Below, in pieces: positions 1 to 13,558 of a DNA stretch of 64,000 nucleotides (position 1 is its first letter; the number at the start of each line of letters is the position of its first letter). Source of the DNA: Spizellomyces punctatus DAOM BR117 (taxonomy: Eukaryota); the NCBI GenBank assembly GCA_000182565.2, contig KQ257452.1. One strand, written 5' to 3'. The notes beneath the pieces are model-generated. The model saw nothing but the letters and a program-made list of their open reading frames with translations, was not told the DNA's origin and did no database searches. A program made the translations under genes and the position numbers.

Positions 1-893
1 CAAAGATCCGTTCTACACCATCCTTTGTAATAACCGCCAACCGAATGACACCTCCCGAAGATCCATCCCTCGACATTGCAAGCGCGATAGCTGGATGATG
101 AGATGCACAATTAGATCAATACCTTCAAGAATCAAAAACCATGGGCGATTGCATACCTTTTTTGGTGAAGTCTATGGCTTCGTCTCGGTCCATTCCCTCC
201 CGATATGCTGCATCACAGTACCCGTAGATATAGGTTGACCCAGATCCACCGATCGAGAAAGGTTGTTTGTGAATGGATCCGCCCAAAGGGATGGCGTACA
301 CGGAGGGTCCGTCATACTTGTCCCATCCGGCGACGATAATACCCGCTTGCAGTGCGTCCTTGTTCTGGTAGCAAAGTTCTTGGAAGAGGGAGGCTGCTGT
401 GTGGACGCGAGGGCGTTCGCCTTCCTGGACACTGTGAAAGAAACGGCAGCGTTAGAGCCTTGTGATTGAATCTCGGCAACATGATCTCTAGCCACTCTTA
501 CGCGTAGAGTTGCAAGTAGTAGTGCACAATATCTGCCACAGCCTGTGTATCTGCAGCACTTCCACTTCGGCAGCAGTAAATCAAGTCGTGGACGGACGTC
601 AGCTTGTCGGTAACACGATTGGCTGTTTGAAAACCAAGTCAGATAAAGGTCAATGCTAGAAAGACAAACAAAAAACAAGTCTATGAGGGGGTTGAGTGGC
701 ATACCAATATACGAGCCGGTTGTTGTCCGTGAGTCGGCACCAATGATAACACCATCTGCAAATTGGACGGCCATGATGGTTGTCTGTCGTAAACCAACAA
801 TTGAGCTCCTTTGGCATCAATTAAACCTTTTGAGATTCCAGGACTCACCCCGAGGTCCACCTCTCCCGGCTTCAAGCGAGACGTTACTTCCAT
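1..893 (-). CDS. PRE3: 20S proteasome subunit beta-1 (multi-exon; 3' end beyond window start)
   Basis: Exon 1 [15 protein letters not shown], then [26 protein letters not shown]; later exons include [26 protein letters not shown] and [14 protein letters not shown] introns. Confidence 0.93.
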
Positions 894-1172
894 TGTAAAG
901 AACTTTTAAGAGTCTTGTCCGTCGTTTTGTCCTTTTGATGAGTTTGCGAAACGAGAAAAAGATTGCGAAAAACGAACGCGCTCTTCTAAGTGACGAATGG
1001 CCCTCTTGAAATGCGGAGGGGGCATGTTGAATGTGCTAAGCAATAACTTGGCACCTTTGTCTCGCCCAATTCATTTCACCGAATTTATTCAAAACAACTC
1101 AAGCATCTCGCAGCGGGAGGTAATTAATTGGACCATAACGGCAAGCAGGCGTGCAGTCTTGGACCCTCCAAC

Positions 1173-4100
1173 ATGGACGACCTTGGAGACCTTGCGTGGA
1201 AGTCGGCGGGGCTCGCCACAAAACCATCTGCAAGGTCAAACACTCCCCTCAGCCAACTCTCCGCCTCACAATCCGGCTCAAGCACTCCACAAAACCGAAC
1301 ACCACCTTCCTTCTCTCCATCCTCGACTCCTCGAATGGCTGCCGCTACGAGCCCTTTCATTCCTCCTTCTAGCGGACAATATCACAACGGCCTGTCTCCG
1401 AGAACTGTGGGTGGAGTCCCAGGCATGGGAACCAGTGGACTGAAACCTGCTGCACCTTTAAATAGCCGCTCGGCGTCTCCGGTACCTCCAGCAGGCGTAA
1501 GGCCTGACGACGTTTTCGGTAACTTGGTGTCATTTGGGAGTGGAGCCAAACAGAGTATGGCAAACGTGTCGTTGGAGCAACAGCGACGTGCTCAAGAACA
1601 GCAGAGACAACAGCAAACGGCAGCTGGTGGAGTGTCAAACTTTCAACAACCGCATCAGCGGTCTTTTACACCACCTGCACCTGGCGGACAATCATTGAAG
1701 GGACAAAGTACGGCCAATCCGTCAACAGCAGCCTTTCTTGATGCTCTTGGGCCAGGACTACCAACAGGATCCGGCAGGAGTAGTGGAGCAAGTACTCCGA
1801 GTGGACACAAAACATATGCTGGGGTTCCAACAAAGCATGATTTCTCCGACTTGTTCGGAGATACGTTGAATAAGCCTTCATCGCCCACAGCTCTTCCTGC
1901 GCAGAAGTCATCAGGCATGCCAAGTATGAACGTGGGGTTGACTAATGCACAGCCGCACCAACAGCATATTGCAAGCATGAATCTGCAGAGTGGAAATGGT
2001 ACTGGACAATGGGACCTGGATTTCCTTGCACGCGGACCTTCTTCTAGTCCTGCGAATGTTAATGCAGCTGACGATCCGTTTGACTTGGCATATCTGTCGC
2101 AACCCGTATCTACTGGAACTACATCCCGATATGTCACGGAAGATGATAATCCACTTGGTTTACTGGCCCAGCCCGTGTCTGCCATGGCAAAGCCTGTGAG
2201 TAAACCGGTACCTGTTTCCGAAGCACCATCGCCGCCCCCAGTGCAAGCACGACCATTATCACCTCCATTATCAACCCCGTCGAATGATAACACCTCACTA
2301 GATTTTGGTATTGCTCAGATTATGGACATGGGCTTTGATGATCAGTCCGCCAAGGCCGCGTTGGATGCTACGGGAAACAATGTGTCAGCGGCCATTGACA
2401 TGCTAGTGCAAAATCGTGAAGCAGAGCAGCAATTGAAGCGGGGATCTCCAACTCGGCAGCAGGGATTACCCTCGCAAAGCGGTGAAGGGCGACCAAATGC
2501 ACACCGAGTGGCCAAATTTCGCGATGACTATGAAGACGAATCGTCCGACTCGGATTATCCAGGGTCACGTCGTAAAACCCAGGCAGATCACGGTCGCGCA
2601 CCTAGTGCAGGATCAGACCGGACTGGCTTGACGCAGGAGAAACTTGTGCAGACTGCTACTGCTATTGGTGCGTCCGTTATCAGCAATGCGAAATCCATGC
2701 TAGCCTTTTCAAAAAAGAAAATATCGGAGGCGGTTGAACGAGCCCAGTTAGAAAGAGAGAATGCTGCAATTGGGAGGTCAAGGAAGGAAAGCTTTGGACG
2801 TGATGGGGATGAGAGCGAATACTACGCAGCGCGAGAAAGGGAAGGTCACCAGCGTTTTAGGGACGAGAGTGACGAGGAGGACGATCTCCGACGACATTCT
2901 CCCTACCAGCGGGGGGCAGATGCCCCACTCAGCCGCTTCCGTGATGATTCTTCGGATGAGGAAAATGTGCCAAAGTCGCGTCCACAACCCGCCAAGTCAG
3001 CTTCTCCCGCAACCACCCTCTTTCAGCAACATCCACAGTCATCGAGCACTCCTCGAAGACCTTCTACACCCCAGCCCGTGTTTCAAAATCCACCACCTCG
3101 CCAACCAACCCCGCCACCACCAGCAGTTGTGGCAACACAGCAGCAACTTAGTGAATCGGACATGCATAAGACGAAAGGGAATGAGTTCTTCAAGCAAGGA
3201 CAATTTGCAGATGCCGAGACATCCTACTCTGCCGCCATCAATTGTCTTCCTGCTCGCCATTTGAACCTAGTCGCCTTGTACAACAATCGCGCAGCGGCAC
3301 GCCTGAAAACTGGAAATTATAGAGAAGCGGTGGAAGACTGCAACCAAGTGCACGAATTGGATAAAAAGGACCTGAAGGCCCTGTTGCGGAGAGCCACTGC
3401 TTGGGAAGCGTTGGAAAGGTGGGAAAGTGCCCGCGACGATTATCGAATGGTGATGGCGATCGATTCAAGTGTGAAAGCGGCTAGCCAAGGGCTGGCGAGG
3501 GCCAACAAAGCGCTACAACCTCCTGAGGTGGCCGCCAAATCGACTCCACCCCCAGCAGTTTCTACTGCATCGAAACCGCAACGAAATGCTTTGGCAGATA
3601 TGGCTGGTTTCGAAGGTTCATCAAAGTGAGTATCGATCTATCTCGCGCTTCGCAGTCATGCTTGTAAATTAACAGTTACTGTAGACCCATGGATCCGTAC
3701 GTTGCGAATGCGGTGAATACAGCCGTCCAAAAACTACGCGAACAAAATCAGCAATCCGAAGATGAGGAAGCTATGAAGCTCGCTCTTAAGGACCAAATTG
3801 ACGATCAGGTAGCATTTAATGGGTATGGTATATATAGAGTGGACATGTATTCATTCTTTATAACTCCACTTAGATTAATCGTTGGAGACGCGGTAAAGAG
3901 GATAATCTCCGAGCGCTTCTCTCATCCCTCGACTTGGTTCTCTGGCCTGAACTCCAGTGGAAAACAATCAACCTCTCAGAGTTGATAACCCCTCAACAGG
4001 TCAAAGTGAAGTACATGAGAGCAGTTGGGAGGGTTCATCCTGACAAGGTGACTACAACTTTTCTTTTGGTCCTGGGTTGAGCCGGTCTCTAATTGTTATC

Positions 4101-4215
4101 TTTACTCCAGTTAAGCCAAGATTCTTCAGTTGAGCATCGATTGATTGCGAATGCGGTATTTAGCACGTTGAATAAAGGGTGGGATGCGTTTAAAGCGCAG
4201 AATGGGATAAATTAG
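1173..4215 (+). CDS. SWA2: Auxilin-like clathrin-uncoating factor (UBA + TPR + C-terminal J domain), SWA2-like
   Basis: UBA (IAQIMDMGFDDQSAKAAL), TPR (KTKGNEFFKQGQF..ALYNNRAAARLK), terminal exons RWRRGKEDNLRALLSSL and VHPDK; stop TAG at 4213-4215. Confidence 0.85.
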
Positions 4216-4359
4216 ATGTGATTGATTGTGCAAAATATTTTTATTGGACCTCGCCAAAGGATCAATGGCCTTTGTGTTTCTTCGATTCATTTATACGGTT
4301 CAGTCACAGCGATGCAAGAAGGTCTGATATAAAAGTACAAATATTACATGAAGAACCCA

Positions 4360-7300
4360 TCACACCACCTGAACACCGTCCCTTCGCAGAAACACAGAAT
4401 CGCCATCGTTTGTCCCCTGCAACCTAGATCCAGTCCAAGTCCTGCCGCGACGGTCGTTCGAAGTCACCAGATAGTGCAATTGGTCGTCCAGAATTGCTTC
4501 TGACTGTTTAGACAATTAACAAATTGTCAAAATTAAGCAACAGTATGATGATAGATTACGTACATCTCTGAGGCCACCAACAAATCGATTGAGTTTTGAA
4601 AAGAGCTGCCGTGCAGACGTAAGATTGATGTTCGTTGGGAGATTGGGGGGCTGGCTTGACATATTGTATGAAGGTTTTACTGTGGAGGAAGTCGGAGCGG
4701 AGTCTGTCCGCATATTATTGGTCGTTTCGTGGGCGCTGGGCAATGGATTCGTTGGCGACGTTGTCCATTTTGATGGTGGGACCTGGAGTTGCTATACCAA
4801 ACAATAGCAGCATCAGATTCGTATGCAAGGAAATCGGGCATAGTCGAATAGGGCCATCCTACCTCTTGATCCGATTTGCCTAACATGGTTCGGATCTGGC
4901 TTTTACGTCTTTCGTCAGCCAATGCCACTCGCTCCTCAAGGAAGCGTTTACGTTCTTGCTCTAAACGTTTGCGTTCGGCTTCGAGCTGCGTGAATCAACC
5001 ATCAAAAATAAAATTCGCTTATTGACCATTCCTTCAGAGCGCAAACCTCGGTTTTTTTGGCTTCTAAAGCTAACTTGGCTTCTTCTGCTTCCGAATGGAA
5101 TTGGTGGGCTTGCTGCCGTTCCTTCACTGTGAAAATCTTCAGATGGCTGGTAGTGACGGCTCGCTCAAAAGCTAATATACCTGCAACATCCCTCATGCCT
5201 ACCGCCTCCCTTACGGCTCGCTCAGTAGCATCCCGTCCTGCCTCGAACAAACTTCTTTCTGCATCCAATTGGGCTCTAAGGGCATCTAATCGTAATCTTT
5301 CTGCTCTGAGAGCGGCAGCTTCTTTGTGAATATCCGTGAGGCGCGAATGCAGGTTGTGAGTTTCGCGATCGAGAATCAACCGATCTGCCGGTGCAGCGTG
5401 AGAGGTATGTCTTAGATGAGAAATGCGTTCACGGACTCACCAGCGTGTAGTTGGGTTTCTTCTCGCGCACGTAATTGCTCTACCTCGCGCTCAAGCTCCA
5501 CCACTGCGTGCTTTTGGGATTCTATGGTTGCTCTTTCCATAGCCAGAACTTTTCGTTCCTATTTGCACAACAAATGTGAGTACCTCAGCAAGCGCTCATC
5601 GGCCATATGCCGACTGACCTCTGCGATTTGTTGCGTGATTCTGCGCCTCTCTAACGCCCATTCTTCCTTGGATTTCAGGAATTCTACGCGTTCGGTATGG
5701 AGTTGCGCAAGTGTCTCGTCTTTATCCGCTTTGAGTTCTGCCTAAAAAGCAGCACACAAATCTGTCATGTCTCCCGCGTCAACTTCACATCAGGAATGTT
5801 CTAAATACCATGTGGGCCTCCAATCTCGCTCTTTCCTCAACAATCCGTCTTCGCTCTTCTTCCTGATGCTTTTTCGCCTCCCACATGTTGTTCTCCATGG
5901 TTTTAACCAGATCTTGGATCTATGTTGAATTTTAGTCATTGTCAAGTGCAAAAAGGGTAGCGGTGGATACAACCTTGACTCGTTCTTCATCAAGTTCGCG
6001 TTGTTGGTCAATCAAGTGCTTTTGCATCTGTCACAAGAATAGACGTTAATGCTAAAGGGATGATACTGGACGATATTTATATCATACTTCATTGATCTGA
6101 CGCTCCCGTGCTTGGAAAGATGCTTCACGTTCCTGGCCGTGAAGGGGAATAACATTAGGCATTCGCTCACCAAACCGAAAAGTGATCTGACACGCCATGT
6201 ACCTTTACACTATAGGAATGATCGCTTTCTAGTCGCTGCTGCATAGAGTCCACGAATCGAGAGCTATCCGCAATCTTTTCAGCCAGCATCTCCAATTGCC
6301 GTGCGCCTTCTGCATTGGAAATCACTTTGGACATCTAGATCCACCTGTCAGTGTGCGCCTTTTTGGATTGTAAACTGAGTAGCCAAATGCGACCTCTTTA
6401 AGATGCTCCTGTTTTATATCTGCAAGAGCTCGGTCATGTTCTACAGCTGCCTTTTGAAGTTCCAATACCACGCGCCTATCCATCTGCACATGAAGGTGAG
6501 AACAGCGGAATAATGAAGATTATAATAAGCTACGCACATCTTCCTTCAATACAGCTTTGATCCGGTCAATCTCAACCGCATGTGCTTCTTTGATGCTGGA
6601 TACAAGCGCGGCATTCTCTTCTTCGATCTTTTTCTTTTCTGCAGAGCATTGATCGTACAAGGTCGCGCGCTCCTCGCAAAACTATCATTTCTTTTAGGAT
6701 ATTTGATGATTTAGCATTCTGGTAGGTCACGCTCGCAACTAACCTTGGTCTGTATCTCTTTTAACTGGAGAGTCTTGTCTTGGAGCTCATTTTGTGTTGA
6801 TTGAAGCTAAACGAAAGCGTTCAGCGTCGGGGTTGGGCCGTAGGCATTCAGCATAATGAAGCGATCACCTTTGTCTTTAAATCTTCTTCCACCGATTGAC
6901 GCTCCCTTTCTACCTCCTTTAAGCGGGTCTCTGCTTCTGCCAACTGCTGTCTCAGTTGGCTGACTTCTTCTGTCGCACGAGAAGCCCACTATGTATTAGA
7001 TGTGAATCAGAACAGCGCCAGCAACAGTGGTACCTTGTCCTAAAGAGGATCTGCCCCCTTCCTTGCCCCTCGATTTTGTTCTGTCACGGTCAACCAGCGT
7101 CGTGGACGCTGTCCGCGCCATTGGCTTTCTCGCCAGTATAGGTTCAGACGTCGTTGCATCTGTTTCACTCAATTCTACATCCTGGACTTCGCTCTCTTCT
7201 ACACTTTCTAGGGGAGAGGATTCTTCCTCCTCTTCTTCATCGTTGGCTTTGTCATCTATTGCACTTAGATCAGCGATAGAAGAAAGGGAGGTGTCGGTGC

Positions 7301-9330
7301 GGACGAGCTTGTGCTGGTTGATGGATGGCGCAGATTTTGGTGCGGGCTGCGTTTGCAAACGATCAGCACCCCAGTTTATTAGCACTGTGAAGAGAATAAT
7401 CACCTGTTGTGATAAAGGTTTTGATTCTGTGGAAGTACTACTTTGTGTCAAGCGTGGCTCCTTTGTTGTGACCGGAATGGTTTTCTATCCATCTTGTGCG
7501 TAAGTAAACTGATAAGAAAAACTGCTGCTTTAGTAGGTACCTTTGGCGAGGATGGAATAGAAGTATCCACATCATGTTGTTTCGCTGGATTCAAAGCAGC
7601 TATAAATCGATTGGTGATTACCGGAAACGCTACCATCTAGAGCAAAATTGTAAATACCAGATGATGGGGTTGCTGGTGGTAGATGCGCTGGAACCGCTGC
7701 TCGCGGTACTGCAGGATTTGGCTCCTGCTTAACTATACTGGGCTTCGCGTCCAAAACTGCATGGCATGACCATTAGTTGCAATCAATGATGAGATCTACG
7801 AAAGATCTACCCACACGGAAGATTGATACGACGTGGTTCGGGTGCTGATGATAGTCCAAAATTAGCACATTTGCATTAGCCATTCCTCAATGACCTACTC
7901 AAATGAAAGATGCCCACCTGTTTCTGCAATGATGGGAGTGGGTGGCTCCTCTGCGAGTGTGACTTGGTTAGTCACCGTTCAACAGTACTGTCGGAATACT
8001 GAAACACACCTCTACGAGGCCTCCCTGCTCGACGAGGTCCAGATGCTTCTAAAAGAAAGGCAGGGACAAATTCATCGTCATCGCTGGCTGCCGCTTTTGG
8101 TTTTGACGTTGTGCCTTGCTGGGTTGCTGATACTGGACGAACTGGGTCTGGCATAGCGGCAGGAACAGTTTTCGTAACTGGTGTAGCGTTCCTACCAGTG
8201 TCTGCCATAGCAGGGACAGTTTTCACAACTGGAGTAGCGTTCCTACCAGTGTCTACCATAGCGGCAGGGACAGTTTTTATAACTGGTGTAGCGCTCCTAC
8301 CAGTGTCGGCGACTGTTGTGGAAGCACTACTTGCGGCAGCCCTTTTCTCCCAGGGTAAGAGGGGCTTTCGTGCCGCACCGGTATTCACCGCATTTTTTGA
8401 CAGGTCAGCTTGTTCATCGTTCTGTGGCTTCTCTTCCGCACGCTGCCGTGGGCGACCGGCAAATCCCATGGAATCTCCCGCAAGACCTGTGGATAGCACT
8501 TTTTGACTGGGCGGAAATCCGACACCTGACTCATTTTGGCTAGATGGAGCAGTCAAGGGTTCTGTTCGCTTAAAAGCTGTGGTCAAATCCGGAGCTAAAG
8601 AGGGTAATAAAGAAGACTAATGAGCTGGGAAAACGTACGGAGACGCCTTTGCAAAACCCTTTCCTACCTTCTTTTGGTATGGGAGAGTTAGTTCTTGGGT
8701 TTATTGTTACACCCGTGGATTCCTTTATTGCGTTTCCCGCAGGTTGTTTTGAAATTTTGAACAAATCAGCATCCAAATCATCCATATCCTCCAATCCCTT
8801 AAGAATATCATCAACATTATTCGCATCGGTTGACGCTAAAGGCTTATTTGTGGCTAATGAAACAGGTTGAGGAATGGAAAACGAAGGTCTCGCATGATTT
8901 CCCGAGCTGGCGCTTGATGAAGGCCGCGGCGATGACGTTGATGCCGACGGCAAGGATGTTTTGGCAGCCGGAAATGAAGACGTCGCTGCCTTGCCATCAA
9001 AATGCTCAGCTGAATATGTCCCGTTAGACCGCAAAACGCAAACCCCTCCTTACTGGGGCTGTTTCCCCTGATTTGAATGCTCCATGTTCTAATGAACAAA
9101 AAGTTTATACATGTCCATAAATGAATTGAAACCTCCATTAGGTCACCTTTATTGTCTTTCTTGGCGGTTACGCTATTTGGCTTTCGTTTTCTCTCTTCAT
9201 TATCGCTGCTGAGCAGCAAGTCATCCAGATCCTCGTCATCAAAATCAAAGTCCAAGCCGGATTTCTTCTTATTTTCTCCTTCAGATGACTGCTTTCCAAT
9301 CGGTGGAGGTGGCCAGCTCATGGTGCTCAT
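4360..9330 (-). CDS. Large multi-exon protein with low-complexity N-terminus and coiled-coil C-terminus, FBF1-like (basal-body transition fibre)
   Basis: Chain of minus-strand exons; motif DDILKGLEDMDDLDADLF and a long heptad-rich C-terminus recall FBF1; family assignment from memory and boundaries approximate. Confidence 0.55.
8160..8315 (-). repeat. Coding tandem repeat, 3 x ~51-54 bp
   Basis: Encodes (A/V)DTGR(S/N)ATPVxKTVPA(A)M three times. Confidence 0.85.
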
Positions 9331-9539
9331 CTACACATGTAAGCAGGTGGATAGGATTGAAGCCTGATATGATCAAGTTTTGTTATGTAAGATCTACGCG
9401 TGAAATCGCGTGCTTAGCAACATCGGTGGCTGTGCAATCTCTTTTTCCAGTTGAGGAGGCCCTCAGCCTTTCAGCACAGCGTCTACCAAAGTCATCCTTT
9501 AAGCAAAGGGCAAACCGAATCAACTCAAATGCAACAACG

Positions 9540-10578
9540 ATGGAACAAACGACGATAATAATAATACTATCGACAGGATGCGGCATCCTTCTCCTCGTCC
9601 TCATAGTACTGGCGGTTCTCTTGCGCAAGAGAAACGCTTCTTCAGCTGCGAAATCACAACGTTACGTCCATCTCGAGGACGCATCCACGCTCCCTATGGA
9701 TAAAGTGCGAGTTGTGGCTGAAGAGGACGATGTGAAAGAAGCAGGACATCGCTCAGGTGCAAATTCGCAATTACCGTCGTTTTTAGTGGATCAGGAAGAA
9801 CTACCGAGCTATACGGTGATCAAAGCCTTTGAGAAGCGAAAGAGGGATGACATGATATTAACGGTGGGAGACAAGGTCACTATCTCAATGGTAAGCTCAG
9901 CTCTAAAGTCTTTGAGAAAAGTCGAATAACTGTATCATTGTGTCTTACAATATCCTCATTTCAAAGACATTCACTGATGGCTGGTGTCATGGCTACAATC
10001 ATACCACGCATACAATGGGCATGTTTCCAATCTCTTCTGTTGCGGTAATTGATAGAAAGCATAGTAAATCCAAGCCGCGGCAAGCATCAAATGAAGAAGC
10101 AAATTCTCCTGAGAGTAATAGTTCTGCCACCCTTACGTCTCCCGAAACGCCATCATCAGTTAACGAAGTTCACCCGCCGACCCAAAAACCGGAGAAGGGC
10201 AAGCTGTTGTTCTCAATGGTGCCCCCAGAGCAAGCCATGGAGATTGTAGCTGAGTCATTGAGTGCCGAGCGGCGAGCACATTACTTTGAAACTATGCTCC
10301 GGGATGCGAAAGCAACTCCATCGCCGAAAAGTGAAGAGTTGGACCCGTTGGAAAATCAACTTCGTGCATCGATGGAGGGAGCCGCTGGTCAGGAAAGCCG
10401 GGCCAAGCTGGCGTGGCGTAAGCTCAGAGTGGGCTGGAAAGATGCTGTTCGCAAACAATTAAGTGATGGTTATGATGATTGGCTTGCTCAAAAGGAGAAG
10501 TTTGATATTTGGGGTTTCATGGCGGACAACTACAGAGTTGACAACGGTGAAGGGTGGAGCGGCTCAGATGATGCATAA
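9540..10578 (+). CDS. Single-pass membrane protein with SH3 domain (2 exons)
   Basis: N-terminal TM segment (IIIILSTGCGILLLVLIVLAVLL-RKR); SH3 YTVIKAFEKRKRDDMILTVGDKV / DGWCHGYNHTTHTMGMFP across an intron at ~9891-9967. Confidence 0.8.
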
Positions 10579-11215
10579 GACGGGCAGGCAGTACTGACCT
10601 TTTATTTTGTGTTATATATATATCGGCGTTGTATAGTTCAGCTTTATAGCCGAGGCCGTTTTGTAGAACATTCGTGTACCCACGTACGTGATAGGTTTGT
10701 CGAAGGCGTACGGTTTACCATCGTGTGGGTAGCCTCCTTTGGGTGTAGTGCTTCGTCGGCTTCGGCCGGTCCTTGATCGAAATTTGGCTTGAACGCGAAT
10801 GTACTGTACATGTTGACTCGATTGATCCAGTGCTATGAAGGGATAATTGAGGGCGAGTTCCGGATTGGGCCGTCCAGTAGAGAAGGTTAAGAAGTGTAGT
10901 GAGGGTGACTTATCATTTTTAAGCCAGTAGAATAGTCTCCTTTATCGTGTATTCCATAGCCGCAGTTCATGCAGTTCAACTGTTCAAACGTTATAAAGGC
11001 CGGGTAGTGTAAACATTGTGACTACAGTACATGCCCTGCACCCAGGAAAACGCGCTCAAAGAAACAGTTGGCAGGATTCTTTGTCTCCATCCTCTTAACC
11101 GGCCCGTAACATGAACCAAATACCTCTGACCTCCTGGACCAAAGACGAATGTGAGAGCACTCGTAATCACGACGTCCGCTCTCCATCCTATCACTTAACC
11201 CCCATTTACACATCA

Positions 11216-11460
11216 AATGATGTCGTCGTGGTCAACAAGCCCTAGTGATCTCTGCTTGGGCGGGGAGTATAGCCACAGCTGAGAAGTCTAGTTGAGAGTT
11301 GACAAGCGCATGTAGAGATCGAAGATTTTGCCATACACTGGACCACGAAACCAGTGGTATTACACACAAGGCCGCTCGTGCAATAAGCCGGGTGTTCAAA
11401 GCTAGCAGAACCTTCAAACCGTATTTGGCGTTTAATATGGGGAACAATCGACGAATTTTC
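11216..11460 (+). pseudogene. Degenerate RluA-family pseudouridine synthase fragment
   Basis: NDVVVVNKP* at 11216 followed, in another frame, by CHTLDHETSG (cf. HRLDxxTSG); stop and frameshift. Confidence 0.45.
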
Positions 11461-12375
11461 AACATGCACAAACAACTTGATGCAAAAAGAGAAGAGATCG
11501 TTGATTCGGAACTTCACACATTCGTAAAACAACAACGAAAGAAGAATCAGTCAGTGAAAAGTTTTCGTTGCATTGACAAGACAAAGTAGCTACTGCTCCG
11601 GACATGCATCTCTAATAAAGCGGAGAACGCTGATTATTCGCACCACTCATTCAATCCTTTACCTGGCAAAAAAGCCCTACCTCAGTAATCGTGTTGGGAA
11701 AGCGCGACTGGTGATAGATTAACATTCCAAGCTGATCCTGATCCCTTTGAAAACATGCTGGCGGAATGGAAATTGCTCTGACCTTTGACAGGCTTGAGTA
11801 GTCGTCGGAAATCATTGAAGGGACGCCGTTAATAACTATGATATAACACCCTTGGTAAGGATATATAATATTAGTGTAATTTGAAGAACAATGGCTTTTG
11901 TGCGGCGAGCTGCTGTCGAAGTCTGAGCGATGCAGACGATGAGAGACATGACTCGTATACAGACTTTGTCTAACCAGCTTCGATGGTGCGCACTGTAGCG
12001 TATGAGCCTCTTACTAAAGGAGAAACGTAGTTGGCAACTGCAAAACATTGGGTTTGTGTAATCCATGACCTCGTCAGAATATTTTCCACTCGAGCCCCCT
12101 CTCCTTTCATCGTTCCAGTTCGATTAAGAGGGCGACGACGACTACAAGGAGAAATGTAGTAAGGCGGTAGAAAACTATCGTAATGGGACCTAGATGTCAA
12201 AAAAAAGGAAAAAAACCTCAGAGTAATGGCAGTTTCGCTGTCTGCAACCGTTTAAATTCAAACCCATCTTGGTAGTCGTAATTACACCTGCATATAAACT
12301 GAATGTGAGGTAAATTTAACCTTAATTTGATCGCTTTAATATGTCCTTTAAAGGCTAATCCCTAATTAATCTTAT

Positions 12376-12465
12376 TTTCAGCAGTTTCTTTAGTGCGGAG
12401 CCGATGGGTATTGGCACTAGCACCCGCACCAGGGATTGAACCGGCGACAACCAGTTCGGAAAAGC
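12376..12465 (-). ncRNA. Fanzor omegaRNA (scaffold ~12465-12391 plus flank-derived guide AAGAAACTGCTGAAA...)
   Basis: Segment between ORF stop and element end is conserved in both copies and resembles the SpuFz1 omegaRNA as remembered; RNA ends inferred. Confidence 0.75.
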
Positions 12466-13448
12466 TAATCTAACTAAACTACGCTACGCTACCGCTGGAA
12501 CACCCCTGCTGAACACCTCTGGTCTACCGTGCCCATCCAACATTGATTGCACGATCGTTAGCATATTACAGGTTGCCAGCGTATCTCGGTTCCAGTAGCG
12601 CATTCTCGACGTCCAGTCTTGCTGCAAACAGTTAGGGTTGGTACAACCCAGCAATCCATGGACTTTTTCAATCTTGCCTTCGCGTCACCGCCAAGGTCTT
12701 GAATGAGGTCATTCTTTGAAGCCTTTCTCGACAAACTCAGATGAGGAACAGCGAGGGCAAACAGATGAGGTCTTGTATTCGTCGAGAAGAAAGCAGTTGA
12801 TCCTGTTCCACTTAAAGAGGGTGCGCCAACCTTTCATCTTTGATGAGGTCTGAAATCTCGCAGTTCGACCGGCATCACTCCAATCACCCATCACAATGGT
12901 AAAGTTCCCAAACTTGTTGCGCATGTTGCTTATGAGGTCTGATTCACTCTTCTGACGGTTTATAAATGCATGCCACTTCCACCGCATGTGGGCAGGATGC
13001 AAATAGAAGTCCTTGCGGCAGTTCCAGTCGGCACGGCGAACGAGGAGATAGCGAGTAAAGTCCATGAGGTTCATCGTCTTGTGAGATGGTATTCGTGATT
13101 CTATGAGGTCAATACCGCCGGCTTTCATCTGCTGCCGTTCTTTTGCAAATCGACGGCTTCCGGTCTCCATGGCTCGCTGGTTGGCAGTGTAGCGAAACGT
13201 ACCATTGCCGTCTTGGCAGTAGAGAATGTCATGCTTGTTTGGGTCGATAACAATGACATTCTCTGCTGCTCGACAAGCAGGTAAGTTTTTCTCCACATAA
13301 AGTGCTGTCACCTCAGCTGTAAGAGTTGTTGCTGACTTTTTCCCACCACTGCGCTTCCCATACTTGTCTGCTTCTGGGTGCTTTAGGTATACAGACACCG
13401 AGGTTCCATCCATGGTGATCGAGCCTTCAAACTGCATACCGCGGCGAG
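12391..13448 (-). mobile_element. Fanzor1 element (Spu-1-like), 5'-truncated, right end intact
   Basis: RuvC-type ORF remnant plus conserved end ...GTGCTAGTGCCAATACCCATCGGCTCCGCAC-TA, shared with the copy ending at 38328. Confidence 0.9.
12484..13448 (-). pseudogene. Fanzor1 nuclease C-terminal half (RuvC I/II/III + zinc finger), two in-frame TGA stops
   Basis: IVIDPNK (RuvC-I), VMGDWS, LDEYKTSSVCPRC (RuvC-II/ZnF), GLLGCTNPNC, WNRD (RuvC-III); TGA at 12709-12711 and 12685-12687; natural stop at 12484-12486. Confidence 0.9.
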
Positions 13449-13486
13449 TGATACAGTGCATCAGATAAGTCATATGCACTGTATCA
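13449..13486. repeat. Perfect 13-bp inverted repeat (hairpin) at the Fanzor/virus junction
   Basis: TGATACAGTGCAT (13449-13461) / ATGCACTGTATCA (13474-13486), 12-nt loop. Confidence 0.9.
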
Positions 13487-13487
13487 G

Positions 13488-13558
13488 CCGGCTTATAATA
13501 TGATATACCCAGCTTATAATATGATATACCCGGCTTATAATATGATATTAATAAGCCG
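13488..13558. repeat. ~3 x 21-bp tandem repeat ending in a quasi-palindrome
   Basis: CC(G/A)GCTTATAATATGATATAC x3; last unit CGGCTTAT...ATAAGCCG is self-complementary. Confidence 0.9.

Noticed and set aside
12371-12390. Fanzor guides targeting the provirus or the Gypsy element in this window
   Set aside because: No CATA-adjacent match to either guide was found by eye; a genome-wide search is needed
13488-13558. 21-bp repeats near a Cas12-related nuclease as a CRISPR array
   Set aside because: Head-to-tail repeats with no spacers
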